Shown: positions 39,321 to 52,815 of the stretch, piece by piece | How the letters are laid out: the number at the start of each line of letters is the position of its first letter | Numbering within the stretch: position 1 is the first letter of the stretch | NCBI GenBank assembly: GCA_002104905.1 | Contig: MCFE01000031.1 | Coordinates: 62,001-126,000, forward strand | DNA length: 64,000 nt | DNA from: Basidiobolus meristosporus CBS 931.73 | Lineage: Eukaryota; Fungi; Basidiobolomycota | Direction of reading: 5' to 3' | Translations under genes and position numbers: made by a program | The notes under the pieces: generated by a model | What the model saw: only the letters and a program-made list of their open reading frames with translations | Told to the model about the DNA's origin: nothing | Databases searched by the model: none

Positions 39321-39680
39321 TGTTACAAGTCTTGGTATAAGAGTTGTAGAGGAATATGAGTTTAGCTAGTGTTGTATTCACTAAAACTTGGACTGATTTT
39401 TATTGAGGTTCCAACAGCTCCTTAAATCATTTTGCCAGAGCAATTGCTGACTAATTGTCTTTCCTAATGTAGGTTGTGGCTCATTTAATTTGATCATTGT
39501 CACCTAATAAGATCCTGGTTAATACATCTATATCTGTCTGATAAGGATCAGCTGATTTATTTGCTGACTAATACCACTGATTTGATAGATAACATTGATA
39601 TACTGATAGGCTAAGCATACATCTAATTGATTGGACTAAAAACTGATCTAACTTAAACAATCAAGTGGTTGATCATAGCA
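39321..39680. mobile_element. Solo LTR, gypsy family E
   Basis: TGTTACAAG...CATAGCA; perfect 4-bp TSD CCTT. Confidence 0.9.
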
Positions 39681-42600
39681 CCTTAAAGTCTAGTCCTTGG
39701 ATCTGGGAATAGCCTTTAGCCACCAATATAGCCTTGTACTTATCAATGGTACCAATTGAGATTATCCTTATCTTGTCAACCCATTTACATCCTATTGGCT
39801 TTCTCCCATTTGGTAAATCTACCAGTTCCCATATTTGTGCCTTGATCAGTGGTTGGTATTCCTGCTGCATTGCTTGTTGTCTCATTATAGCATCTGGACT
39901 TTGCATTGCCAGTTCCAGATACTGAGGTTTGGCACATAAAGCAAGATAAGATTCTTCATGATCATTGGATATCTGCCACCTGGATTCAGAGGTATTGTTT
40001 ATTCTGATAGATCTCCCAACTGGAATAATCAACCATGATCTGTAACTAGTAGAATTGTTCTGTATCTGGCTGAATTAGGTATGTATCTTTTTCATTAGTG
40101 TTAATTGCAGTATTAAGCAGCTGGCCAATGATTTAAGGGGCTTTCAGATCAGATTGTCCTCATACACAATGCCCCTGCTCTTGATCAGCTTTGAAACTTT
40201 GCCATCATACACTCTAAACCCTTTAGTAACCTCAAAATACCCAAAAAGTATCCCTTTTCTATTCTTTGGTTCCAATTTTCAATATTTTTTGTCAGTAAAG
40301 TGATAGAAAACATCACTGCCAATGATGCTGAGGTGCTGGAGGTCTGGTTTTTTGCCTATAAATGACTCTAAGGGTGAAGAGGCACAAAGCGCTATTGTTG
40401 GACATCTATTCAGGATATACTACAGTTACAACAGATTCAGCCCAAAACCTTTAGTTCATACCCTTGTCATGTAGCATAAGCCTTTCCATCTATACTACTG
40501 CTTTATTTGCATTTTCTGCTACTCCATTTGCTGTGGAGTTTGTGAAACAGTGGTCTGCTGAAGGATACCAGTAGATGTGCAGTATTTTACAAACTCCCTT
40601 GAGCAGTATTCCCCTCCATGGTCACTTCAAAGTACCTTCAATATGAGCCCAGTTTGTGTTTCTACTACATTTATACAGTGCTTCAATGTCTCCAAAGCCT
40701 CATCCTTTGTCTGCAGAAGGAACACCCATGTATATCTTGTCTTGTTATCAATAAATGTAATAATGTATTTCTTGGCACCAAAGAACATTGTTCTCCTGGG
40801 CCCATGTAAGTCTGAGTGCCCAATAGCCAATACTTTGGTGGTGTTAGTACCTCCTGAGCTCCTGAAATGTTACCTAGATTGTTTACCATACAAATATCCC
40901 ATACTGACACTCAATCTGATTGGAATTGAGTAATTTAAGCCTGAAAAAAGTTGATTCATCACCAATTGGCATGTTCTCTGTTCCCCTATGTGTCATAGCC
41001 TCCTATGCCATGTCTTCCAGTCAGTTTCATCAGTCTCAGCAATGTTTACACCCTCAGGTACAATGATCTTGAGTCATGACTTGTATATATTGTGATCTCT
41101 GATTCCCAAAGCTAATTATTGTCCATTTTCACTCATTATTGAGCAGCTGAGCAAAGTGAAAACAATCTTTAGACCCTGAGTAGTTGCTTTACTGACTGAG
41201 AGTAAGTTCTTAGCTGTTCCAAGCACATAGAGTATGTCAGTCAGTTTTGCTGTTGTTGCTCCTGAGATATAATTCATATATAGCTGTATAGACCCACTGG
41301 TGGTAGCTTCTAGTGCAGAGTTGTCTCCTAGATAAGACTTTCTTACGCAAACTGTCTTTTAGTTGCTGAGCCACTCCTTAGTATTGCGAATACGCTGTGA
41401 TGCTCCAGACACTATATACCATTCATGACTTTGGTTAGTTGCACACTCTTATACAGTTAAAAATCACTGCTCATCAGTAGTAATATGGTTTGCCTGCTCC
41501 AATTCCTGTTTTTTGTCTGCCTGTTTCTTCTTGTATTTTTTTGCCCAGTGTCCTGGCTCCTGACAGTAGTTACAGCAACCAGGTTGTCTTTGGTTTTGTT
41601 GCTTTCCCTTCTTTGCTGTGCACCTTTCTGAGCTGAATAATGCATTATCTTTATTTTATCTGCTTGAGCATCAGGTCAGAGTTCTTCATGCAAAAGTCTC
41701 ACTTTGACATAGTCTAAAGTCAGATTGCCTTTTCTGCTTGCAAAAGAAATATGAGTGGCTAATATGTGTCTGGTAAACTGCAAAGCAGAAGGGTTATCTA
41801 TTCTTCATCATCTACACCAGGAGTAGTACTGTAAAGCTCTCCTGCAAGCATCTCCATTTTGTCAATGAGCTGTAGCATGTCATCATCTGGTTCTCCCTCA
41901 TGTTGAAGAACTTTTATCCAGAGTAATACTTGCTTGATACTGACTTTGCTCCAAAGATCTTTGCGAAGGATTCCCATGCTGCTTTGGCAGTATTTGAAGC
42001 ATGCATTTGTCCAATGAAGGAATCTTGCACATTGATATATATGGCATTAAAAGCTTACTCTCCTTGTGTTGAAACTTTTCACCTTCTACTGCTGTTCCTT
42101 TGGGTTTAACTTCTCTTCCTCTTACTATATTCCAAAGCTTTCTTACCTCAAGGTGAATTTGCATCTTGACTCATCAAGTTCTGTAGTTCTTCCCATCAAA
42201 CCTCTCCTTTAGAGGGAAGATTTTTGTATTGTTCTGTTTGCTGGTTGATATCATCTTTAGAATAGATTAAGGCAATTGGGGCTCATAACATGTTGCGACT
42301 TAAAAAGCGATTTGGATATAAGGAACTTGTGAAGAAATAGTGATGATAGTTGAACTGTTGTTTATTTATAAAGAAACTCAGTACTTATACCTTTATAAAG
42401 TAATGCAGCTGTAACACTAAGTAACAAGGGCTTCTCAACATCCAGGAGCATTTGGTAACAGATTCAGGGTTAGTACATAATGTTTGGTAAAAGTGCTAAC
42501 ATGATCTTGACAATAAGAGAGTAATCATAGGATCATAGATCTGAAGAAAGTGGCAACGTTAGGGCTGTAAATTAGTCCTACAGTGACCAAACTAAGTCTA

Positions 42601-43799
42601 TCATTATATTGGTATTATATATCAAATCAGTAGCATTAGTCAGCAAATGAATCAGCAGATCCTTATCAGACAGAAATAGATATACTGAGTAGAATCTCAT
42701 TGGGTAATGATGATGCAATTAAATGAGTCATCAGCTACAGCCTACATTAGGAAGTACAATTATTCATCAATTGATCTGGCAAAATGTATATAAGGAGCTG
42801 CTGGAACCTTAATAAAAATCAGTTCAAGTATTAGTGAATACAATACTGGCTGAACTCCCTATTCCTCTACAACTCTTATACCAAGACTTGTAATATTGGT
42901 AGCAGCAATAACCAGAAACCTCCATCCTGAAGAAAGAAGAAGCCTCCCTCAAGATGTCCAAAAATCAAGAATGGGAGAATCCTTTGCAGCAAATCCTGGC
43001 CTAGCAGCAACAGTTACTCCAAATCCTTAGCCTACAGTAACAAGGAGTAACTACCATGGCCAAAGCCAGCAAAACCCTGTCAAGAGCAACTCTAGTGTGA
43101 AGGTCAACCAGTACTATGGTGGAGTGAATGAAAACCTGGGAACTTGGCTTTTTCAGACTGAAGAAGCTTTCAAGGCTAAGTGAATTGCTCCAGAAAACAA
43201 GTTACATTATGCAGCCTTTTTGGATCAAGTTGAATACTATATTGATGGGTTGAAAGAAAGGACTTGTAGGGAAGTGAATTATCAAAAACCCCAGACTATT
43301 GAAGAAGCCATCAAGATTGCCATTCACTATGACTCAGCTATGATTAGAGTTGGGAAGCCCACCATGACTAAGCAGAGAGGCTACAATCACTATGAAAGAA
43401 GACAATCAGAAGCAGTGCCCATGGAAATTGATGCTATGCAGAAGAATCCTATCTCAGAAGAATGTTAGAAGAAAGGACTTTGCTTTAATTGCCACCAGCA
43501 GGAATATACTGCAAAGTACTGCTTCAGAGAAGAAATGGACACCAGCCATCAAGAACCTTTAACCATATTGAAGCCCTGGAGCATAGTAGCATGAATGATG
43601 AACTTGAAGAAGACTCAGAGCTCACCTTCCATATGACAGAGGAATACCTATCCCAGATGACCTGAAACTCAGGAGAGCTATTATACTTGAATGGAGTAAT
43701 CAATGGAGTGCGTACTAAGATCATGATTGACACAGGTGCATTGGAGGAGTACATATAGGAGCAATTTGCTCTGAAAACTGGAATCAACTCAGAACCTCA

Positions 43800-46700
43800 T
43801 TTGATTACATCATCATTACCCAATAAGATCCTACCTAATATGTATATTTCTGTCTGATACGGATCTGCTGATTCATCTGCTGACTAATGTTACTGAGTTG
43901 CTTAATAATACTGATATGCTGATAACCTAAGCAAAAAACTAGTTGATTTGACTAGAAACTGATCTAACTTAAATATTCAAGCAGCAGATCATAACACTCT
44001 CCCCTGCTAGAGTTGAGAGGGTTCTCCTGAATCTCTTTTCTTGTGATACCAATATCTTGATGGTTCAATATTATCAGCAAGTCTTGCAAGCTTGAGTCTG
44101 TCTCTATGCACTAAGTCTTCCTGGATATTGCCTTGTTTGTCCACTAGTTGGTAAGTTGCAAATGGACATTCTCTGATGATCTTGAATGGTCCTGTCCATT
44201 GTGGCTCAAACTTCTTCCAAGTGTTGTTTCTTAACAATACAAAGTTCCCAACTGTCAATGCTTCTGGTGCTATAGTCTTGTCAAATCTCTGCTTCATCTT
44301 TTCTGCACTTTAAGATACTTTGGTCTGTGCCTCTTGACATCTTTGTTCCAGTTGCTGGTGTCTACTTAGCTGACTGAGTTCATCTTCTAAGATGTTTGTA
44401 AGCTTTGGTTGTGTGAGATCTCCTGGAATCCTTGGTTTACATCCATACACTAAGTAAAATGGTGATTGTTGGGTGGTGTTGTGTACTCTGACTCTGCATG
44501 CAAAGAGTGCTTGGTCTATATACTCATCTCATCTACCTACAACTCCATTGGCATACTTGGTCAGCATTTTTCCGAATGATCCATTAAACCGTTCAGTGAC
44601 TCCATTTTTTCTGGGGTGATATGCCAAGGTTTTCAAGTGTTTGATCTTCTGCATTTCCAGGTAAGCTTCCAATGTCTTTGCCAAAAGGTTTGCACCTCTA
44701 TCAGATAGAATCTCCACAGTGCATCCAAACTTGATAAGGATTTCATGGTAGATAAACTTGCAACTTCTTGTTCACTGGCTATAGGTACAGCTTTAGCCAC
44801 TGGCCATTTTGTGGCATAGTCAATTGCTACTTGGATCCAATGGTTGCATATCCTTGTAGTTGGCAGTCTTCCAATAAAGTCAATTCCCCATCTTTCAAAT
44901 GGTCTAACAGGCTCCAATGGAAAGAGTTCAGCAATTCTCTGTGATTGGCCTTGGTTGATTTGGCAATTAGGGCATGTTTTCACTAGCTTCTCAATGTCAT
45001 GTTTCATTCTGGGCCACCATGCTCTGGCTTTCACAATACTATAGGTTCCTTCAATTCCAAGATGTCCATATCCATTGTGTAGCTTATGTATTAAATCCAG
45101 GCAAGCAACATAAGGGCAATAGGCAATAGGGCTTCCATCAACAACTTGGTAGAGTGTTTCATCCTGTACTACAAATTTGCTGGCTTCATCCCAGATTACC
45201 TTCTTGATATCTTCATCTACCTCATTAGGAATGACTTGGTCCTCCAAGTACTTTGGAAATAGGCTAGGCCAATCTGATTTATGCACCAAGCTGAGTTGTG
45301 CAACTTGATCTAATCTTGATAAGGCATCAGCAACCGTGTTGTTTTTTCCAGGGCAGTAGACAATCTCCAAGTCAAATTGCTGAATGTATTCACTGCATCT
45401 TGTCTTTCTTCTAGAGAGTACCTTCTGAGTGAATTCATACATGAGGGAGGCATGATCAGTCTTCACAGTGCATTTGGCTCCTTCAATATAGCATCTGCAT
45501 GTCTTCAAGCAGTGTATTGTAGCAAGCATCTCCTTCTCATGGACTGGATAGTTTTGTTCTGCTGAGTTCAGTTTCTTGGATTCAAAGGCAACAGGGTAGT
45601 CCTTACCCTTGTGTTCTTGGCTCAACACTCCACCAATTGCATAATCTGAAGCATCTGTGCACATAGTAAGCTCTTTTCTGAAGTCTGGTACTCTTAAGCT
45701 TGGCAGCTTAGCAAGTTTATTCTTGAGCATCTGGAAGGCAGTCTCACAAGCTATGTCCCACTTGTAGGTATTGTCTTTTTTGAGGATATCAGTTAAGGGG
45801 GCTGCAATACTTGCAAAGGACTTGACAAATCTCTGATAATAGGAAACCATTCCAAGGAATGACCTGAGCTCTGATATGCTATGGGGCTACTTCAGATTCT
45901 TGATTACTTCAACCTTCTTAGGGTTAAGGTTACTCCTGTGCTAGTCACTATGTGTCCCAGATATTCAACATGTTCCTTGAAGAGTTCACACTTGGCTAGC
46001 TTGCCATAGAGGTTGTTCTCTCTTAGCTTCTTCAAGACCTTTTTAATGTGCACCAAGTGATCCTCTTCTGTCTTGCTTTATATCAATATTTCATTTAGGT
46101 AGATTTTGACAAACTTGTCTAGGTACTCCTGGAAGACAGTCTGCATCATGGTCATGAATGTTGCTGGGGCATTGGTAAGGCCAAAACTCATGACTAAGTA
46201 CTTGTAATGTCCATATCTGGTCCTGAATGCTGTCTTAGGGATGTCTTCTGGCTTCACCCTAATCTGGTTGTATCCTGACATGAGGTCAATCTTCCTGAAT
46301 ATAGCGGCTCTATTAAGTTGGTCCAAGAGCTCATCAATCCAAGGTATGGGGTACTTATTCTTTGGACTAACTGAGTTGAGGGCTCTCTAGTCAATGCAAA
46401 TCCTAAGTGTTCCATCCTTCTTCTTCACACAAAGTACTGGTGCTCCCCAAGGTGACTTGTTGGGTCTGATATATCCTTGCTCCAGTAACTGATCTATTTG
46501 TCTCTTCATCTCTTCCAACTCCAATGGACTCATTCTGTAAGGTGTCTTACTCACTGAAGGGCTATCTCCTGTGTCAGTGGCATGATCCACATCTCTGACT
46601 GGTGGTAGGCTTACAAGTTCATCTGGAAATACATCTGAATACTCCTTCAAATGAGTCTGGACCTTCTGGGGTACTGGAGTCAAGGAATCCTTCTGTAAAA

Positions 46701-48534
46701 CCGCCATGAGGAACATCTGAATACCTTTTCTAAGCGCTCTACAGAACTGGGTCTTGCTAAGTTCACTTGTCTCACACATACTGGAATTGACCAAGTTAAA
46801 ATCCAGCCTGGCAGGTAATAGCTCATAGGTCTTGTTGTCTTTTTGGATCTGAGTAGCATGGATTCTCCAGTTGATTGATGGATTACGACAAAATAGCCGG
46901 GTTTTTCCAAGTACAAGGTCAAACTTGCAGTTCCCAAATATATAGGCCTGTAGATCTTCTTCATAGTCATTGATCTTCATCCTTACTAGCTGAGTAATAC
47001 AGTTAATTATGTGAGAGTTCCCATCAGCTGTTGAGACTGAAGTTGATTTGGTGGGTTCTGAGTTAATTCCAGCTTTCAGAGCAAATTGCTCTGACATGTA
47101 CTCATGCAATGCTCCTGAGTCAATCATGATTGTGGCAGGTACTCCATTGATTACTCCATTCAAGTATAATAGCTTTCCTGAGTTTGAGGTCATCTGGGAT
47201 AGGTATTCTTCTGTCATGTGGAAGGTGAGTTCTGAGTCTTCTTCAAGTTCATCCTCCGTGCTACTATGCTCCATGGCCTCAGTATGGTTACAGGTTCTTG
47301 ATGGCTGGTGTCCATTTCATCTCTGATGGCAGTACTTTACAATATGTCCCTGCTGGTGGCAATGAAGCAAAGTCCTTTCTTCTTACATTCTTCTGAGGTA
47401 GGACTCTTCTGCATAGCATCTATTTCCATTGGAACTGCTTCTGACTGTCTTCTCTCATAGTGATTGTAGCCACTCTGATTAGTCATTGTGGGCTTCCCAA
47501 CTCCAAACATAGCTGAGTCATAGTCAATGGCAATCTTGATGGCTTCTTCAATAGTCTGAGGCATTTGATGATTCACTTGCTTACAAGTTCTTTCTTTTAA
47601 CCCAACAATAAAGTATTCAACTTGATCCAGAGGGTCCATTCTTTCAATTTGTGCCAGTAGACATCTATGTTCATAGATGCACTCTTGGACCATTTCTTTT
47701 TGTCTAAGTGTCTTCAACTTTCTTCTTGGTAGTGTCTGTTGGTGTGGGGGCTCAAAGGCATCCTGAATTTCTGACACAAACTGATCCCAGGTAGAGATTG
47801 TAGAGCATCCCATCATGGTGGCTGACCTGAGCTTGTTGTGGTACCACTGCAAAGCTGCATCTGCCAGGTAAGAGGCTGCATAATGTAACTTGCTTCCTGG
47901 AGCAATTCCCTTAGCCTTGAGAGCTTCTTCAATCTGGAAGAGTCAAGTTCCCAGGTTTTCATTGACTCTGCCATGGCACTGGTTGGCCTTCACACTAAAG
48001 TTGCTCTTGACAGGGTTTTGCTGGCTTTGGGCCATGGTTGTCATTCCTTGTTGCTGCTGGGCCAGGATTTGTTGCATAGCATTGTTCCATTTTTGATATT
48101 TGGACATCTTGAGGGAGACTTCTTCTTTCTTCAGGAGGGATGTTTCTGGTTATTGCTGCTACCAATGTTACAAGTCTTGGTATAAGAGTTGTAGAGGAAT
48201 AGGGAGTTCAGCCAGTATTGTATTCACTAATACTTGAACTGATTTTTATTGAGATTCCAGCGGCTCCTTATATACATTTTGCCAGATCAATTGCTGACTA
48301 ATTGTATTTCCTAATGTAGGCTGTGGCTGATGACTCATTTGATTGCATCATCATTACCCAATAAGATCCCACCTAATATATCTATTTCTGTCTGATAAGG
48401 ATCTGCTGATTCATTTGCTGACTAATGTTACTGATTTGCTTAATAATACTGATATACTGACAACCTAAACAAATAACTAGTTGATTTGACTAAAAACTGA
48501 TCTAACTTAAATATTCATGTGGCAGATCATAACA
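43800..48534 (-). mobile_element. Ty3/gypsy family E, minus-strand copy (near full length, gag-PR-RT-RH-IN)
   Basis: 5' LTR 48166-48534; PBS 48156-48164; MIDSGA protease, [42 protein letters not shown]; PPT and partial 3' LTR 43800-43996. Confidence 0.93.
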
Positions 48535-50715
48535 CTTAGATAAGTTTCTAATAATCTACCTAGATGATTTATTAATATACTGCAAGACAGAAGAGGATAC
48601 TTGGTGCACATTAAAAAGGTCTTGAAGAAGCTAAGAGAGAACAAGCTTTATGGCAAGCTACCTAAGTGTGAATTCTTCAAGGAACATGTTGAATATCTGG
48701 GACACATAGTGACTAGCACAGGAGTAACCTAGATGCTAAGAAGATTTAAGTTATCAAGAATCTGAAGCAGCCCCATTGCTTAGCAGAACTCAGATCATTC
48801 CTTGGAATGGTCTCTTATTAATGGAGATTTTTCAAGTCCTTTGCAAGTATTGCAGCCCCCTTGACTAATATCCTCAAGAAACACAATTTCTACAAGTGGA
48901 ACATAGCTTGTGAGACTGGCATTCCAATGCTCAAGAATGAACTTGCTAAGCTACCAAGTATAAGAATCCCAGACTTCAGAAAAGAGTTTACTCTGTGCAC
49001 AGATGCTTCAGGCTACACAATTGGTGGAGTGCTGAGCCCAGAACATTAGGGAAAGGACAACCCTGTTGCCTTTGAATCCAAGAAACTGAACTCAGCAGAA
49101 CAAAACTATCCAGTCCATGAGAAGGAGATGCTTGCTACAATACACTGCTTGAAGACATGGAGATGCTATATTGAAGGAGTCAAATGCTCTGTGAAAACTG
49201 ATCATGCCTCCCTCATGTATGAATTCACTCAGAAGGTACTCTCTAGAAGAATGACAGGATGGAGTAAATACATTCAGCAACTTGATTAGGAGATTGTCTA
49301 CTGCCCTGGGAAGAACAACACAGTTGCTGATGCCTTATCAGGATTAGATCAAGTTGCACAACTCAGCTTGGTGCATAAATCAGATTGGCCTAGCCTATTT
49401 CCAAAGTACTTGGAGGACCAAGTCATTCCTAATGAGGTGCTTGAAGAGATCAAGAAGGTAATCTGGGATGAAGCCAGCAAATTTGTAGTACAGGATGAAA
49501 TACTCTACCAAGTTGTTGATGGAAGCCCTATTGCCTATTGCCCTTATGTTGCTTGCCTGGATTTAATACATAAGCTACACAAGGGATATGGACATCTTAG
49601 AATTGAAGTGACCTATAGCTTTGTGAAAGCCAGATCATGGTGGCCCAGAATGAAATATGACATTGAGAAGCTAGTGAAAACATGCCCAAATTGCCAAATC
49701 AACCAAGGCCAACCACAGAGAATTGCTGAACTCTTTCCCTTGGAGCCTGAAAGGTCATTTGAAAGATGGCAAATTGACTTTATTGGAAGAATTCCAACTA
49801 CCAGGAAATGCAACCATTGGATCCTAGTAGCAACTGACCATGCCACCAAATGGCCAGTTGCTAAAGCTGTGACTATAGCCAGTGAGCAAGAAGCTGCAAG
49901 TTTCATCTACCATGAGATCTTAATGAAGCTTGGATGTCCTGTAGAGACTCTATCAGATAGAGGTGCAAACTTTGCGGCAAAGACATTGGACGCTTACCTG
50001 GAAATGCAGCAGATCAAACACTTGAAAACCTTGGCATATCACCCCAGAAAAAATGGAGTCACTGAACGGTTTAATGGATCATTTGGAAAAATGCTGACCA
50101 AGTATGCCAATGGAGTTGTAGGTAGATGAGATGAGTATATAGACCAAGCACTCTTTGCATGCAGAGTCAGAATACACAACACCACCCAACAATTGCCATT
50201 TACTTAGTGTATGGATGTGAACCAAGGATTCCAGGAGATCTTACAGAACCAAAGCTCACATACATCTTAGAAGATGAACTCAGTCAGCCAAGTAGACACA
50301 AGCAACTGGAACAAAGATGTCAAGAGACACAAACCTAAGTGTCTCAAAGTGCAGAAACAATTAAGCAGAGGTTTGATAAGACTATAGCACCAGAAGCATT
50401 GACAGTTGGGAACTTTGTATTGTTAAGAAACAACACTTGGAAGAAGTTTGAGCCACAATGGACAGGACCATTCAAGATCATCAGAGAATGTCCATTTGCA
50501 ACTTACCAACTAGTGGACAAACAAGGCAATATCCAGGAAGACTTAGTGCATAGAGACAGACTCAAGCTTGCAAGACTTGCTGATAATATTGAACCATCAA
50601 GATATTGGTATCACAAGAAATGAGATTCAGAAGAGCCCTCATGACTTTAGTAGGGGAGAATGTTATGATCTACTGCCTGAATGCTTAAGTTAGATCAGTT
50701 CTTGGTCAAATTAGT

Positions 50716-50926
50716 AGACTTGTTCCATTGTGCCATTGATCATAGTGCCAGAAAGTGCTGTATATTTTGTTATTAATTTGATATTTTAGGGTCATATGTA
50801 TGTCAATTTTGATCCCAAATTGGCACTGTATGGCACCATCTGGCACTCTGTGGCATGATCAGGCACCATCTGGCATGCTATGGCACTATTAGGCACTGTG
50901 ATCCGCTGGAATGATGGAACAAGTCT
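50716..50926. mobile_element. 211-bp MITE of the AGACTTGTTC family in a gypsy LTR
   Basis: Near-identical to 17277-17487; flanks agt/aat. Confidence 0.92.
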
Positions 50927-51339
50927 AATTAGCTCTATGTTTAGCCTATGAGTATATCAGTATTATCTATTAAATCAGTAGCATTAGTCAGCAAATGAAT
51001 CAGCAGATCCTTATCAGACAGAAATAGATATATCAAGTAGAATCTTATTGGGTGATGATGATGCAATCAAATGAGTCATCAGCCACAGTCTACATTGGGA
51101 AATACAATTAGTCAGCAATTGATCTGGCAAAGTGTATATAAGGAGCTGCTGGAATCTCAATAAAAATCAGTTCCAGTTTTAGTGAATACAATACTGGCTA
51201 AACTCCCTATTCCTCTACAACTCTTATACCAAGACTTGTAACATACTTAGCTGCTGAATGATATCAATTAGTTAAAAATTTCAACATATCCCCTTCATTG
51301 TTTCTTTGAAGTACCTTTAATTTACACCTAGTTTGTGCT

Positions 51340-51800
51340 TCTGCCAGTTTTTTTGAAGTGCTCAGGCATCTCTATAGCCTCAACATTTGCCTTGAGGAAG
51401 CACACCCATGTATATCTTGTCTTGCCATCAATAAATGTTGTAAAGTATCTTTTGGCTCCACAGGACAGTGTTCTCATGGGCCCACATATGTCTTAGTACA
51501 CTATAGCCAATATTTCTGTGGTGTTAGTGCCCTCAGAGTTCCTGAAACATTGCCTAGCTTGTTTGCCATATGAACATCACATCAGACACTCAATTTGATT
51601 GGAATTGAGTAATATTGGCCCAAAACTAGTTGATTTCTCACCAATTGGCTCATTTTCTGTACCTCCATGTGTCCTGGTCTTCTATACCACATCTCCCAGT
51701 TATTTTCATTAGTTTCAACCATGTTGACACACTCAAGTAGAATGATATTACACTGTAACTTATATAGATTATGATCTCTGATTCACAAAGCTAATTTTTG
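51340..51800 (-). mobile_element. Copia-B GAG-pre-integrase / integrase fragment
   Basis: Reverse-complement match to 23820-24060 and 24805-25030. Confidence 0.75.
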
Positions 51801-52815
51801 TCCATTACATTCATTATGTTTGGGTTCTTTATGGAGAAGTCTTACTTTAACACAGTCTATGCTGAAACATTGGACTATCTGGTATCATCCAGCAGCTAAA
51901 ACTTTTCTTAACAATTCTAGACTACTCTAGGTCACTCTAGGACTAATCTACAGCCCTAACTTTGCCCATTTCTTCAGAAATATGAACCTATAAACTCCCC
52001 CATAATCAAGATCAATTTAACACTTTTACCAAACATTACGTACTAACCCTGAGACTGTTATAGAATACTCCTGGATGCTGAGAAGCCCTTCTTATTTAGT
52101 GTTACAGCTTCATCACTTCTACAAAGGAATAAATACCAAGCCTCTTTATGAATAAAAAACAGTTCAACTATTACCACTATTTCTTCATAAGTTCCTTATA
52201 TCCAAATCACTTCTTAAATGGCAACAGGTAATGGACCCCAATTGCCTTAATCTATTCTGAAGATGACTTCTACCTGCAAACAGAACAATACCAACATTTT
52301 CCCTGTAAAGGAGAGGCTTGATGGGAAGAACTACAGACTTTGATGAATCAAGAAGCAAATTCACCTTAAGGAAAGAAAGCTTTGGAATAAAGTAACAGGA
52401 AGAGAAGTTGAACCCAAAGGAACAGCAGAAGAAACTGGAAAGTTTCAACAGAGGGAGAGGAAAGCCATGAATGCCATATGTATCAATGTGCAAGAATCCT
52501 TCATTGGACATATCTATGCTTCAAGTACTGCTAAGGCAGCATGAGAATCCTTAGAGAAGATCTTTAGAGCAAAGTTAGTATCAAGCATGTATTACTTAGG
52601 ATAAAAGTTCTACAACATGAGGAAGAAGCCAGATGATGAAATGCTACAATTCATTACCAGAATGGAGACACTTGCAGTAGAGCTTTACAGTATCAATGCT
52701 GCTGTAGATGATGAAGAAAAGATATGCTGTCTGCTTTGCAGCCAACCAGATGAGTAGGAGCCACTCATACTTTCTTTTGAAAGCAGATAAGACAAGCTGG
52801 CTTTAGACTATATGA

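Larger units (their letters stand above)
42610..51243 (+). mobile_element. Ty3/gypsy family E, plus-strand copy split in two (42610-43790 and 48535-51243)
   Basis: 5' LTR ending 42895, PBS TGGTAGCAG, gag (EAVPMEIDA, CFNCHQQ). RT resumes at YLDD (48535), then RH, IN (HKGYGH..WWP..CPNCQ, NGVTERFN, WTGPF), PPT and 3' LTR 50661-51243. Confidence 0.85.
38008..51286 (-). mobile_element. Copia-B copy B2 (coding part 38008-42290; 5' LTR 42291-42600 + 51244-51286, split by gypsy insertions)
   Basis: QSMVGSLMYLM, GLKQAPRAW, DKYKAILVAKG, integrase and gag fragments; PBS at 42278-42290; the LTR remainder resumes at 51244. Confidence 0.85.
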
